DNA of 59,836 bases, filler included, from Sphacelaria rigidula (taxonomy: Eukaryota), in NCBI GenBank assembly GCA_964200075.2. It is 9 parts of 9 records of this genome, joined end to end, with 100 filler letters (N's around TTAATTAATTAA, not from the genome) between each part and the next. Parts side by side here need not be neighbours in the genome. Positions count along the whole stretch, not along the records: positions 1 to 6,561 come from CAXNAA020019344.1; positions 6,662 to 13,221 come from CAXNAA020019345.1; 7 more parts are not named here. One strand, written 5' to 3'. Positions 1 to 12,998 of this stretch are shown in pieces (positions within the stretch are counted from its first letter, which is position 1; each line of letters starts with the position of its first letter). A program made the translations under genes and the position numbers. The notes beneath the pieces are model-generated. The model did no database searches. It was given only the letters and a program-made list of their open reading frames with translations, and had not been told where the DNA came from.

Positions 1-1391
1 GCACAAACGATTAAAAGCCCATAACGGACTTTACTTATGGGACAGAGGAAGTATTGATTTACCTACAGGGGCAACGGGGGTAGTGAGAGTGCCCTGTCCA
101 ACAGGACCATTCCGCTGGGCGAACCGTATTATTCAGATACGCAAGGCAGGAGCAAGGGCTACACGAAGGATTTGCTGAGTCACCGGTAGGTGCGAAGGGC
201 GACGATTGTCAAACGACCATCACCGGATGATGATGGTTCCGAAAAGTTCTTATATTTTTTTTTCGGAAACACGGGAGTCCTGCAGTGTTACCGGATGTCT
301 CTAGTCTAGATGGAGTCTCGACAACTAATCAGTATGAATCAAACCATTCCCCGCAATTCATACGTGTCACGAGCTGGGCCAGCCTAGGAGCGGATTTGTA
401 GCTTGCAGGCCTGTTTGCAAGTCAATCTTTGGAGTTGAACCTGAATATTTTGTATGGACAATAGGTGAAGCAAAGTAAGCAGACGTGCCAAGAATTTCCC
501 TTCTTTGTTTTGGATGTTTCACCGACGTTTTACTAAAAGCTGGATACTCAGTATTACCTTCAACTCATGACAAAAAAAGGGTCAACGCCTACGTTTTTGA
601 TATTGTGCCCTTTTCATCGTCCATACCAAATTTCAGGTCCCAGCTTTGAACGTTGACCTGAGAATGGGCGGTTAGAAAATCGGGCCAATAGAATTTCGGA
701 GCAGTATTTTGGAAACCACTTACCGACACAAATTCTTCAGCATACCCTTGCGATGTTCCATGCTAGATTTTAAACCTCAATTCTCAAGATTGAGGTGAAA
801 ATCTCAAACGAGGTCCGAGAGCATTGTCCTGGCAATTTTTACTCAACTCTATTGGTACCGGCAATGGAAAAGTACTGATGTCCAGGTGCTGTTTTTTCAA
901 CAACATATGGTTGATTTTTTGCAGCTTCCAAGGGCCACGATTTTGACCAAGGCGTGTTTTTCAGACCCGCGACCGCTTCCAATGGGCGGTGAATCGCGTA
1001 AATACTGTATCGCACCCCAATGCTTTCATGAGCGGTAGGGAGATTTCTGTGTGCTCGGTCATGCTACTTTGTTTCTGATATGGCTTAGCACGCGTGCCAA
1101 GTGTTGGGCGGGTACGACCTCCGGACTGCAGCACAACAATACTCCGGTGGAGTTCGTTACCTATTATAGATAAATGTGTGCCGCGGTGCCACACGGGACT
1201 GAACATATATAAAACATACAGGTGGTGTTGACTTTTGTTCTATGATATTCAGAGGCCACGGTGCTGGTTTTCGCTCTGTGCACGAAGTTGATCATACTTG
1301 ATCCGTCGCGTCTCCTAATTCGATGAGACTAGTCCGACCGCCCCGGGGCGACATATTTGGTGCGGGCATGACGTATGTCGGTGGATTCTTC

Positions 1392-2596
1392 CAAGGGTAG
1401 GTCGAGTAGAGGATACTCAGTACTCAGTATTTTTGAAGAGTCATACTCTTAGTACTCAAAGTTCGAGTAGAGTAGTTGAGAGCATACTCAGTCTACTCGG
1501 AATTTGAGTAGAGTATCGAGGTCAAAATCAAGTGATACTCTATAGCCAAGTATTTCTGAGAGTGCCTACTCAATTTTTGAGTAGAGTATTTGAGGTCGTA
1601 CTCGATCTACTCAGAATTCGAGTCGAGTATTGAAGGCCGAACTCGATGTACTCATCATTTGAGTACAGTATTTGAGACCATTCTCAACCTACTCAAAAAT
1701 TGAGTAGAGTATCGAGGTCATACTCAAGCGATACTCTATACCCAAGTATCACTGAGAGTGCGTACTCAATATTCAAGTAGAGTATCTGAGGTCGTACTCG
1801 ACCTAATCCAAAATTGGTGTAGAGTGTTTAAGGCCGTACTCGGCCTACACATTTGTTTTGTTGAGTACTGCAGGCCGTACTCGACCTACTCGAACGTTTG
1901 AGTAGAGTATCTGAGGCCGGATCCGTTGTACCGAAAACCTTTGACTTCAACTCCAAAATTCAAGTTCGTACGCAAGATACTCAAACTCGGGTAGAGTTAA
2001 TACCGAGGTATTCCTACAGTTGCCCACCCATGATCAAACTCCACGTGGCCAGTAGAGTCGCTCATTTTGATGATACCTACTCGACGACGAGTCCACTCGA
2101 TTACTCGATGATGGTGAGTAGCGCTCTGTACTGAAAGTGACATCGAAGGCGTTGCGAGGTATCGAGTATGAACTGCCGCCGGTGGGGGCTGGTGAGATGG
2201 GGCGCTGGAGAAGGTGGGTTCGTCCACCTGCACGCTTTTTATATTTAGTTAGGGCCATTATTCGCTCATACTTCTTGTTGGCTGTGATGTAACGCCGCCC
2301 ATCTAATTGATGGCCATCGTTCGCCCATGCATTCAAAATAATCTGTTTAGTGACGTCACGAAGTCGTCGACTGTCAGAGGGGTACTCACCATACCCGAGG
2401 GGTACTCTATAGTCAAGTATTACTGAGAGTGCGTACTCAATATTTGAGTAGAGTATTTGAGGTCGCACTCGGTCTCCTCAAAATTCGAGTAGAGTTTTTA
2501 AGGCCGTACTCGACCTACTGAAACGTCGAGTAGAGTAAATACTCGAGTATTTTACTCGAGTACTCAAAAGTACACACTCTACTCGACCTTCCCTTG
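1392..2596. mobile_element. Non-autonomous TIR DNA transposon (hAT/P-like) with internal TACTC/GAGTA arrays
   Basis: TIRs CAAGGGTAGGTCGAGTAGAG (1392) and CTCTACTCGACCTTCCCTTG (ends 2596), 1 mismatch. Perfect 8-bp TSD GATTCTTC at 1384-1391 and 2597-2604. Interior has dozens of GAGTAGAGTAT/TACTCGA motifs and no transposase. Confidence 0.88.
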
Positions 2597-5229
2597 GATT
2601 CTTCTGTGGCCTTCCGCAGTAAAAGTGGTTGTTATCAGTCTTTTTTTTTCCCATCTTTCCTTCTTTGTCGGCGCTTAAAATGATGAAGCGTCTGGACTGG
2701 GGACGGGAGGGGAGGGTTCTCAAAGGGTTGAAACTCCCCTTAGAACACGGAAAAAAAGAGAAGAAAAACAAATAATGAAAAGCTGTTTTTCTCCTTCATT
2801 ATGCACTAGCGACTCTCTGTACGAAGTTTCAAACTACAACTTTCGAGAACTGAGACGCGATATCCAGAAAAGTGCATCTAGTGCCTCTGCTCGTGATATA
2901 CTTCGAAGTATTGATTTTGGCTTAGAACCTTAGATGCGCCACATTTCGAGATAGATAACGGACCAGGCAAAGCTGAAAATATCGGTCATTTTCCCGTGCT
3001 CTAGGGAAGGTCCACGCCAAAAATCGTTATCATCCGCTGTATATCTAGTCCGGGGTTTCATATAGACTCAAGTAAGAACGCTATATCCTCACGGTACAGG
3101 CATTGCTAAACATCGGGTTCAATCAACGAGAAAAGATAGGCCTAGTCTTTTCAGCACATGTGCACCTTCCCCTTCATCAGACAATCAGTGATATACACGG
3201 AACACTGCCCAACATGTCTGTGTCGATGAGGTACTGCTTTAAGAGCTCAAGTCCGCGTCTAGGCCGGCCCAGCTTGTACACGATCGTTCCTTCTGTCTGC
3301 TGTCCCATTGCCTTTGCACTCATGATACAGCAATGCACTACGTTTGTCAGCTATAGCTGTCTAGGCCGGACAATGTTGAAATAATAACACCCGGTTGTTG
3401 TCCGTGGGGTGAACAGTAGATTCGTGTGGACACACCGCTATCCAGTTGCTCATCATCGCATGGTGTTGAAGTCAGAATCAATATACAAGGGCATTATTTT
3501 TCGTTCATGATTAATGCGCACTTTTTATATCCTTGTCCGGATACTAGTTCCCTGTCCTGCAGGCCGTAGTTACTACACATGCTGCCGGGCTTCATCTTGT
3601 CTAGATTAAGTCTGGCCAACCAAGCGATATAGAAACAAGTCTAACGATGTCCGTACTCTGCAAAAAAAAATATGTAGTCTGTCCAGCCATGACTCCGATT
3701 CTGTCGATCTTGACGTTAATTATTGATCCCGAATCATAATAAAAAGCATCATGTCCTTGTTGTCTATCGGTACTCATGTATTCACGACCCATTTTCTGCT
3801 TGCAATCAGTCATCCTATCCAACTACATCTGAGTGTTTTGAATGAGCACTCCGGATGGATGTCTTAAGGAGCGTTGAGTTATTGCATGACCTGAGGTCCT
3901 TTACTCTCCTACTTTCGACGCAATGAGCGCTCCAACACCGTCATAACTGGGGGTAATGTGGATCACAGTTATGAAAAACGAACAAACCCCATTGACCTAC
4001 CGAGAACCAGTCCGACCCACGGGTCCTGCCCAAAAAAAACTTCTAGCCACGAGGAAGTTTCCTCGGGTGTCGCATAGATCGCTGTCGGAGATTTGCCAAA
4101 CTGTCGTCAAGCCTTGGGAGTCACGGAGCAGTGTGTATGCACCGTGCCCGAAGCCAACGCACACTACACCATCAAGCACATTCTGTGAGCTTGACTGTAC
4201 ACCACGCCACGAGCACGTTCTGTGAACTTGACTGGTTCGTGGTCTGTCGTTTGTCACGAGACGTGGTGCGGGTCGAAACCTTTCATCGCACGTCTCTCAC
4301 TTCTCTACCGCTCCCTTCTGGGGTCTTTCCTCCCGGCTCTCCTGAGCGTTATCGCGTCCTCAACGCGACCGTCACAGCTCAATTATTGGAGCACGCTGCT
4401 TTCCGCAGACAGGCGAGGGCCCATAACCCTCTGACGGTATCCTACTAATGTTTAGAAACCAAACTTGATGTAGTATTTATTGTACGGTCACCAACCTTAA
4501 CCGAAAATCAGAGAGACGAGGAACAAGCTGGCTTCGACACAAGAAAAATAACATAACACAGTGAAGCCACTTCTTCAGATTCGAAAAAGGACTCTTTAAA
4601 AATATTCCAGCCCAGATGATGTCGTTCAAACAGTTTCTTATGGGACGTTTCAGAGACTGTCCCCGAGATGCGGAGTGTGCCCCGATACATGCTTTTCACG
4701 CCCATCTCACTCGGTGAAACGGCCTGTTGTCAGACAAATAGGAGAGTATCGGAACAGGGGATCATCAATTACGCCTTTATCATGCATGGTGCGTTCGGCC
4801 GTGCGAAAGTGTTTACAGGAGGCACAGCTGCTGCACACGTAGGGTACAGACAGCACACAGTGTACGATGGAGCCACGTTACCATGCAGCCAGTGCCGCTG
4901 TGTAACTGTACACGGAGTACTCAAAGCTGTAGCAAATGACTATACTATACAGTACGTGCAGTGCAGTGCATGCACAAGCGGCAGCAGCATACTGCACGGT
5001 ACATGCAGTGCAGCCGCACAGATAGGGCGCTACAGAGACCAGTACATAGCTACAGACGGCGGACAGTGCCGCAGCCGCTATTTCGTAGACCAAGCAAACC
5101 ATGGCGAGTATCACGGCGGGCGGGAACACCGTGTTGGCGAGTAAAGCGCCAGTTTTGCTTCAGAGGTATCATGAGCAGTTTCGAAAACTCTTGCCGGGAA
5201 ACCGCCACTACCCGTCCCTCCTTCGGTGT

Positions 5230-5650
5230 CAGGGGATCAGAAATAGCTAGTTTTCAAGCTCACGTTCTTTGGTCAGAGGGCAGTGTTTCAGGTGGTCGGA
5301 ACACCGACAAATTGTAGCCTCCTTGTTCTCGGTGGCACAAATTTGGTGGGGTGGTCGATAACAGACAGGATGTAGCGATTGCCTTCGGACACAGGTTTTT
5401 TCTCGACTAGATCTACGGCCACGCGTTGACACGAGCGTTCGACAGGACGGTGGCCGACAGGTGAGGTAAGCGAACGATGAGGAGTGCTACGTTGCTGACA
5501 CCATACACAGCTATTGGAATGGCGCTGTACACTGGTATCGACGATAGGCGACGAGTATCGATCTCGTACTTTGTCCAAGATAGCTTTCAAAGCTAAATGG
5601 TCGCCGGAAGAGGGCGAGTGGTGACATGCATTCATGACACGTGTCCGCAA
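5230..5650 (-). pseudogene. Ty3/Gypsy integrase remnant (HHCC zinc finger and start of catalytic core)
   Basis: Translation ACHHSPSSGDHLALKAILDKVRDRY...CVWCQQRSTPHR...RVAVDLVE...NRYILSVIDH, followed by a frameshifted NKEAT segment; disrupted. Confidence 0.8.
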
Positions 5651-6467
5651 TGACTCGGGAACTACTAACTGATCGTGGAAATTACCGCTTCTCCGTCAGT
5701 GGCCAGGGCGGTAAGAACGACATAGTAGTTCATCACCGGGAAAATATTTGCTCATGCCGAGTTTCGATTGCTGGGGCACCACAGGAGCTGAGTGGGCTTA
5801 ATTGAGATAAAAAAAACATATCGACCAAATTTTCACCTCATTCGGTGTGCTAGTTTGGCGGAATCGACAGCAGGAAGAATAGACCCAACGACAGGTACTA
5901 TCTCGCCTAGGTTACAGGCGGACACTGCATACTCATGGGAGGGGAGAACGGGTGAAATGGTCGTTTTTGGAGTACATTCCGATCGATTGCCGCTAGTCTG
6001 GGATCGGACGGTATTTCCTCGTCATTAACTTCTTCAAGAAGGCGAGACAGTGTGTCGCGTACAGCATATTTTTCACCCGGGACATGCTTGACGGTGGAAA
6101 CAAAACCCTAAAGCGCAATAGCTCAAAGTGTAAAACACTTGAGGTATCTTTCATGTGGTACAAGTAGGTTAGATTCTGATAGTCGATATGACAGGTGCAG
6201 CCCCATAGATATGGGTGCCAATGAACAAGAGACCAAACGTCAGCAAAACACTCTTCATCCCGTTGGCTTTTCGAAAAGCGTTTGCTGTAGTGCGGAAAAA
6301 ATGTCTACTTCTTTTTCGTTGACCTTATCTTCGCGTGATTGGGTCAGGAAAGATCCCTCGCCAAGTACTGAGGAATCGCTGTGAGCGTCGAATTCTCTTG
6401 AGAAATCAGGGAAGTATACGATAAGGAAGTCACGTACTGAATTCGATAGTCCGACACAGCTGTAGTT

Positions 6468-6561
6468 GCCGGTCGCCCCGGTGGCTCAGTTGGTAACTTC
6501 GTAACCTTCTGGTGGTTGAGTAGGAGGGTTCGATTCCCGGAGCGATCTCGAATCTTTTCTC
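6468..6561 (+). mobile_element. tRNA-derived SINE, 5' head only (cut by contig end)
   Basis: A box TGGCTCAGTTGG and B box GGTTCGATTCCC. Near-identical to the head of the SINE at 13837-14214 (minus). Confidence 0.8.
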
Positions 6562-6661
6562 NNNNNNNNNNNNNNNNNNNNNNNNNNNNNNNNNNNNNNN
6601 NNNNNTTAATTAATTAANNNNNNNNNNNNNNNNNNNNNNNNNNNNNNNNNNNNNNNNNNNN
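6562..6661. other. Artificial contig spacer N44-TTAATTAATTAA-N44
   Basis: Identical 100-bp spacer recurring about every 6.66 kb; the linker has stops in all six frames. Confidence 0.99.
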
Positions 6662-6918
6662 ATCGGGGTTCCGCCCCTACACAGCCGGGACGGAGCACGC
6701 CGGGTTCTCGCCGGACCACGCTGGGCTAGGAGGGGTGAAGAGTTGACGTACTCCGTGCACGCGTATTGCGCAGCAGACAGCAGGTTATAGACGAAATGTC
6801 ATTATCGGCTCGGCGCACAGTGAAACATGGCGTAGGCGATAAGCCCAGCTGCGAGCAGTTCAGATGCAGAGAAACGTGACGTGAATTATTATAGTGCGGG
6901 ACTTGTTCACGAATCAAC

Positions 6919-7209
6919 CACAGGCACCGTACCCGGTACCGGTATTTGGGACATCTCATACCCTACCGATACCGGTCCGATCGGGTATTTTGAAATGTCA
7001 TACCTACGATACCTAAGGTACCAGGGTATTTCGAGATTTCAGTACCTACCGTACCCGCCCAACCCGGTATTTTGAAATGTCATACCTACGATACCTACGA
7101 TACCAGGGTATTTCGAGATTTCAGCCTACCGTACCCGCCCAATTCGGTATTTANNNNNNNNNNATACCGGGGGTACGCTCGGTACGGTACCTTACCTACG
7201 GTGCCTGTG
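6919..7209 (+). mobile_element. MITE, CACAGGCACCGTA family (hAT/P-like)
   Basis: TIRs CACAGGCACCGTA / TACGGTGCCTGTG. 8-bp TSD GAATCAAC at 6911-6918 and 7210-7217. Internal TACC/GGTA-rich tandem units and a small N gap. Confidence 0.9.
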
Positions 7210-9172
7210 GAATCAACCATGCAATGGCTGTTGTTCTGCATCCGGTCGACAAAAAATTCCCAAGATCCGTCCAGTGAAGACCAGACACAGTGACTACTCT
7301 TGTACAAACCAAAGCAATTGAATTTATTTATCGTACCACAGACATACAGTACGTGGGCGCACGATTTGTATTGTCTCTATACCTTTGCTGCGGGAATTGA
7401 GGTTCGCCTGGAACGAATTCCACGTCTGAAAACAGGGGGGAGTGCTAACATGTACATGCAGTATCTGGAGCTTCAGCCGCGTGATTGCTGGCTACATGCC
7501 CCGACCGCCCGCTCTCTCACGCGACAGGTACTGTTCGACGAGGTCCGCGTGTTCGACCCCAACGCCCTGTCGGTTCCACAGCAGAGCCTACCAGTCGATG
7601 GAGGAGGAAAGAGTAAGAACAGGACAAGTAGCAGTAAGGTCAGGTCAGTGTCTGTGAAATCTTTGCAAGAAGCTCTCCAAGGCGAGAAGGACCCTGGAAA
7701 ACGGAAGCTTCTGTCCCTGATCCTCGACTGGCTGAATGCCAAGGCCGTGGCCCGGCGGGGAGGATTTATTGCATGCGGTGGGTGGCAGACGCCACAAAAA
7801 AATCGGTATTATTGCTGAAAAGGTGGCCGTCGCTTTTCAGCTGCCGTTGTAATACAAGTCTTGAAAAATAAAAGACGTAAATTTACTTCGCTGTAGCATG
7901 TGTACGCCGATACATTTCCCGTACCCAGCAAAGCTGAGAAACGTTTTTCCCGTAGCTTCTCTGTTGATGGTTTGTGGGCGTTTAGCAGAAGGGTGGGGTA
8001 TGTTCTGGGACGACCTTAGGCTGCGGTATCTGAGTGTTCCCTTTCCCACGGTGTAAACCAAAGTTCTTGGTCGAGTTTGTGCGGGCATGAAACTGTAGTG
8101 AAGAACTTGAATAGTTTTAGCTTGCTTTGAGCGAGTGACTCTTGCCATTTTCCTCATACAACAGTGTTTCCGTGTTTTCGTGAGATGGAGAGTAGAGGAT
8201 ACGATTGAGAGTGAAAAGCGGTCAGTTAGTGAATGAATCGTTTCAGTTCCGAAATGCCCCTCCACGGGGCTTAATCTTGCTTTCTGTAGTAGCTTGCTAC
8301 TGAGGCCCTTGATATCCCTGAGTAGGATATCGACGTGTGGCTGCAAGCACACGCCAGTGATGGCGGCAAACAAAAGCACACCCGGAATGAAGAAGTGGCT
8401 AAGTTGAAGCGAACGATCAAAGCCACTCTCAATCAGCGCTCTACTCTCAATGTCACGAAAACGTTGTTAGACGTAAAGGAGAAATGCTGTTTCGGTATGT
8501 TTCTGCAGCATCGTCAATTTGTGGCTGTTTCTCCGTCTGTCTTCGACGTCCTCTGCCGTCGTGACCTCTAAGAGTCGTCATTAACGGAATCTTATTTTTT
8601 TAGACTTTTCCGACTTTTTCCGGGACAAGAAAGAGCTTCCTCCCTAGAAATGTGACAACAGATTCCTCAACCAGGTTAAGGAATAGAAATCACAATTGAA
8701 TGAGACAGATAGCATCCTACTCTAAAAATCTGACGCTGAGTTTTTTTGGCATTTTTTTTTTGTCATTAATTCGAAATATTTTCCGCAAAAAAAGTCGAAA
8801 TGATCTGAAAAAAAGGTCTCGTCAATAATGACCTTGAGTTGTTGTCGAGTTCATACGGCAATAAAACTCGTAGCGAAAAACTTGCGTTAATATTTTCGAC
8901 TTGACTTGGGCCTTTTGGACTTGCTTCAAACATGAAATGAATGCTTTTCGGGGCGTTTCTGCAGTATCCTCATTCTGTGCTCGTCTTTCTCTGCCCGCTT
9001 CCCTGTCCTTACCTCTGTCCGTCGGTGTCGGTCTCATCTGTCCCTCCCCCCCCCCCCCCTTCCCTTCTTCCCCCCCTCCTCTTCATCCCCCTTCCCCCCC
9101 TATATTTACCGCCCGCGTGCATCTGGGTTCCATTGACGGCGTGTGCCCGTCGAACTGTTTCCTCACGAGCAG

Positions 9173-9381
9173 GGGAGAAGGTTGCAGACAGACCAGACTG
9201 GCAGAGCCGGATCATCCCCGACCACGACGAGTTGAAGACGGACCCCGACGCGCCCTCCCTTATTGTCGTAGACGGGCATAATATCATATTCAGATCGTTT
9301 CACGCGCTGCCGCATCTCACAGCGGCGGACGGCACTCCTGTTGGAGCAGTGGTGGGCTTCTGCAGCATCATGAACAGATTG
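9173..9381 (+). CDS. DNA polymerase I-type 5'-3' exonuclease (PIN fold), internal exon A
   Basis: SLIVVDGHNIIFRSFHALPHLTAADGTPVGAVVGFCSIMNRL matches the PolA N-terminal motif. Polypyrimidine tract and CAG acceptor before 9173; GTGAG donor at 9382. Confidence 0.9.
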
Positions 9382-10095
9382 GTGAGCGCATTTTGTCGCG
9401 TTGGTTCAAGAGTGACTCGGGTGGGGTATCACATCAAGGGAACCTGGAAGCTTGGTTTGTAGCCAAAATATACCAAGTCGTGGTAAATGTAGCATGTAGG
9501 ATCCTGGATGATGACCAGGGGACAAGGGCATCCTGTGGATGATGATCCTTGCTGTGTAGCCCATGGCTGAGGGTACAGGCCGCAGCTGCTTACTCCGAGG
9601 TAATTACAAGTGAGAAGAGAGGACTTGTTGAGCACGAGGCCAGTGCTACTGGAGGTGTCCCTCGTGGATAGTCCTCTCGTCCAGATCGTCTGGCAGAGGC
9701 TATAGATTGCCGCGAGAAGGTGCTTGGCTCGTTCCGAGGGACATACCTCGGGTGTTGAACTGTACTGAGTAGCCAAAAAACGAAATGGTACTGTCCTGAG
9801 GATCCACAGAGTACCTGGAATGCGGAGGTGTACGAGAACCTCTATTGGGTTGACCCGTATGATGGACTCCTACAATGGCATGGACAAAAATGGCAGAAAA
9901 AAAAAAACGTCGCGTCGCATTTGGTCTTGGACCTGCTTTTTATTTTTTTTGCCTGGCTGCACTTTACTTTATTACGTACTTTGCGTTGCCTTTGAGAGGA
10001 CAAGCACTTTGTTTCCCCATGACACCAGCTGAAAATGGAGGGACTCCCCTGTAGTATTGTTGTTCCAACCTTAGGTCGAATATGATGTCGATCAG

Positions 10096-10232
10096 GTATT
10101 GCAGCCGTGGGCGGACGGCAGCGAGCCGCAACGGAGGGTGGTGGTGGCTTTCGACACGGGGGATGACAACTTCCGCCATGCATTGTACCCGGGTTACAAA
10201 GCTGGTCGACCCGATACCCCCGAAGAGCTCAA
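10096..10232 (+). CDS. 5'-3' exonuclease, exon B
   Basis: VLQPWADGSEPQRRVVVAFDTGDDNFRHALYPGYKAGRPDTPEEL (AFD...FRH.LYP.YKA.R motif). AG/GT boundaries, phase-compatible with exons A and C. Not called in the ORF track. Confidence 0.92.
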
Positions 10233-10639
10233 GTGAGAGGCAAAACACATCATATTATTTTATTTTCTTGTGTATTTTTGCTTTGTTCCCCATTATATAA
10301 TTGGAGCTGTCTAGAACGTCGTGTCCGTTCATTTGATTCTACTGTACCCTTTTAGGACCCAGAACCGATTTGAACTTCCACTTCCAGAAACATGCGCTGG
10401 TGGTCTCCAGTGACCTGAAGGCGGGTATCATGCAGGAAATCTACACAAATGTGATAAGACGTACATCGCAGATCGCAGATAATAAGCATATGTATTTTCT
10501 GCAGAATCTGTTTTTTTTGTCGATGAGTGCGTGAGAACGTGGGTCAGCGGAGACAAAAGGTTCGACGACAGTCGATCGGGGACAGGTGTGCGGATTCCAT
10601 CAGAGCTCGGCAACGACATGCTAGGCAGGTGTAGTACTG

Positions 10640-10830
10640 GGGGGGGTGTACTGATGATCATGCATGCCATAGTCATAAGACCTTTGACTTCGCATCCCTA
10701 CAAAGCCGGAACGGAGCACGGCAGGTTTTCGCCGGACCAGGCTCGCACTCAATTCCCAAGCGCGAAGCGCCGTGGTGTGTTCGGCGAGTCGCATGAGCTG
10801 CATCCTGCTTAGCTTGTTCGGCTCGATCCC
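10640..10830 (+). repeat. Dispersed repeat (G-run, TACTCAT...GCATCCCTACAAAGCCGG family)
   Basis: Diverged direct copy at 12676-12885; fragments at about 6675-6725, 13150-13221 (reverse), 39789-39861 and 53125-53178 (reverse). Confidence 0.8.
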
Positions 10831-11279
10831 TATTGATTATCTTGCATTTGGATGACATCCTCCAATGAGTTGCTTTATTTTCCGGTATCGCCACTTCTAG
10901 AGACAGCCACGGCTAGTACACTGCCTCATGGGTGTCTCACTAATCAAACACTGCGTAGTACGATCATCCCCATTGCGCGGAGTTGAGGTTCTCCCACCCC
11001 GCACAATATGATCTAGCTCGACTACCATCATGGTTACCGCGAAAAAAACGCAAGCACAGTACTCGAGGAGGGATGGGTTGATTGATACCTTCGAGACTGC
11101 AGAATCACGGGCCCCGAGGGACCAGGAGGGTCAGAGGAATGACCCAAAAAAATGTGTGTGTCATTAGTTTCAGTACCTCCTCAAGCGCCGGATACTGCTT
11201 ATCGACACGCTACGATCGCCCACTAGTAGTATATATACGTATATATTGATGTGTACATAATTGTGCGCTTTCAACTCCT

Positions 11280-12670
11280 GAAGGGAGTATGGAAAGATGT
11301 AGGGAAAAAAACAAATAAAGAGTTCGATGGCGGGATGAAACAAATGTGGGTAGGGATAAAAGGGATTATGGGAAACTAGGCAAGAAAGATTGATAAGGGG
11401 ATAGCCACACTCGGGCACAAAAGGGTAGAATGGCCAGCAGTTCGAAGGGGACGAGAGAAGTGCTAGTCGAGCACGACCGTAAACTAGGAACACCAGAACG
11501 TGACACGAAATTCGACACGGAATTCGAGAAGGAGATCAACGAGTGGGCAGAGGCAAATGTAGAGGCGTCAAAACGGGAGGATAGTGACTGGAAAGAATTG
11601 CAGAGAGATTTTACTAGAGATGAAGTAAAGAAGTGCGTAGCTAAACTCAAGAACAAAAGGGCAGCAGGGGTAGACGAAATAGTTAATGGAATCTAAAGGA
11701 CGGGGGAGAGGGAATGGTTGACATGATAGTTATGCTGTATAACTGGATCTGGGGAAACGAGTACACACCCAAGAGGTGGAGAGAAGGAGTAGTCGTCAAT
11801 CTTTTAAAAAAAGGAGACAAGGCTGACCCAGGAAGCTGTAGAGGGATAACGCTACTGAGCACGGTAGGGAAAACGTTCTGTAAGATTCTGAACGAAAGAG
11901 TAGGAACGATGCCAGAAGAGGAAGAGAAAGTCAGCGAGGAACAAGCAAGATTTAGACCAAACCGTAGGTGGGTAGACGATGTGTGTACACTAGGTAAAAT
12001 TATAGAAGGTAGGAAAGACACCGGGCTGACAACGCACTGTTTCGTTCCGGACGTGCAAAAGGCTTATGACACAGGATGGAGAAATGGGCTCTTGAAAAAG
12101 TTGTAGGAAGCTGGGATCAGAGGAAAGATGTGGAGAATGGTGAGGAAGATGACAGAATATGCCAAAAGTGCCATGATGTTAGACGGGGAAATATCGAAAC
12201 ACTTCGATATCTTACAAGGAGTTGCAAATGATGTACGTTATCACCCACTTTGTTTAAGGTATTCATGAATGACTTGATAATAGCAATAGAAGCAGCAAAG
12301 CAAGGGGTCAAGGTGGGTGAAGATATGGTATCAGGATTGATGTTCGCGGATGATTTTGTGGGGATTTCAGGGACACCAGAAGGACTACAGACACAGATAG
12401 ACAAGGCGCTAGAGTAGAGTAGGAAATGGAGAATGACAGCGAACGTCAACAAATGCGCAGTACTCGTCTGTAACGAAGATAAGAAAAACCCGGTAGAGTT
12501 CAAGTGGAAGTGGGGAGAAGAGGAATTGCCGATCGCAGACCAGTATACATACCTTGGCGTAGAGATCTCAAGGAACTGTTCTTGGGATACACACATAAAG
12601 AAAGTAATAGAGAAGGGTAAGGCATAGATAGGCAGGTTGGACGGGATCCTCCGCGACCCGCACCTAGATA
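11280..12670 (+). mobile_element. Degenerate non-LTR retrotransposon (LINE) reverse transcriptase, inside intron B-C
   Basis: WREGVVVNLLKKGDKADP..RGITLLS, EEQARFRPNR, DVQKAYD, LSPTLFKVFMNDL, GLMFADDFVG and YTYLGV motifs spread over frames with stops and frameshifts. Confidence 0.92.
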
Positions 12671-12675
12671 CTTGG

Positions 12676-12885
12676 TGGGGTGGGGAGGGTACTCATGATA
12701 TTGCCTGCCGTAGTCATTTGATCATTGACCTTGCATCCCTACAAAGCCGGGAAGGAGATTGCCGCGTCTTTGACCAACCAGGCTCGCAATCAATCGCCAC
12801 GCGCGCGCGAAGCGCCGTGATGTGTTCGGCGAGTCGCATGACGTGTGAGCGTCATCCTGCTAAGATTGTTCGGCTCGAAGCCTCC
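12676..12885 (+). repeat. Second copy of the dispersed repeat at 10640
   Basis: Shares CATCCCTACAAAGCCGG, GCGCGAAGCGCCGTG.TGTGTTCGGCGAGTCGCATGA and CATCCTGCT.AG.TTGTTCGGCTCGA. Confidence 0.8.
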
Positions 12886-12998
12886 TGATCATCTTGCATA
12901 CATACACCTACATGATCAAGGAAAGGGAGAATGTTCGTTATTTATTGTCTCATCGGTGGAGTATGACCTCTCGTCTCGTTGGTGCGATCTTCATGCAG

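Noticed and set aside
1392..2596. CRISPR-like repeat array (also considered for 36541-37086 and 40406-40736)
   Set aside because: Repeats are degenerate, spacers are not unique, each array is bounded by TIRs, no cas genes are present and the DNA is eukaryotic.
4668..5144. Cys/Ala/Val-rich ORFs (also 16035-16881 and 17430-17945)
   Set aside because: Produced by low-complexity TGCA/GTAC-rich DNA; no recognisable domain or convincing splice structure.
6468..6548. Functional tRNA gene
   Set aside because: It continues into sequence shared with the SINE at 13837-14214; better explained as a SINE head.
6606..6617. TTAATTAATTAA palindrome recurring about every 6.66 kb
   Set aside because: Always centred in N-runs; an assembly linker, not a biological periodicity.
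7300..8571. ORFs of 172 and 180 aa upstream of the exonuclease exons
   Set aside because: No family motif recognised and no convincing way to splice them to exon A; possibly decayed transposon or unknown exons.
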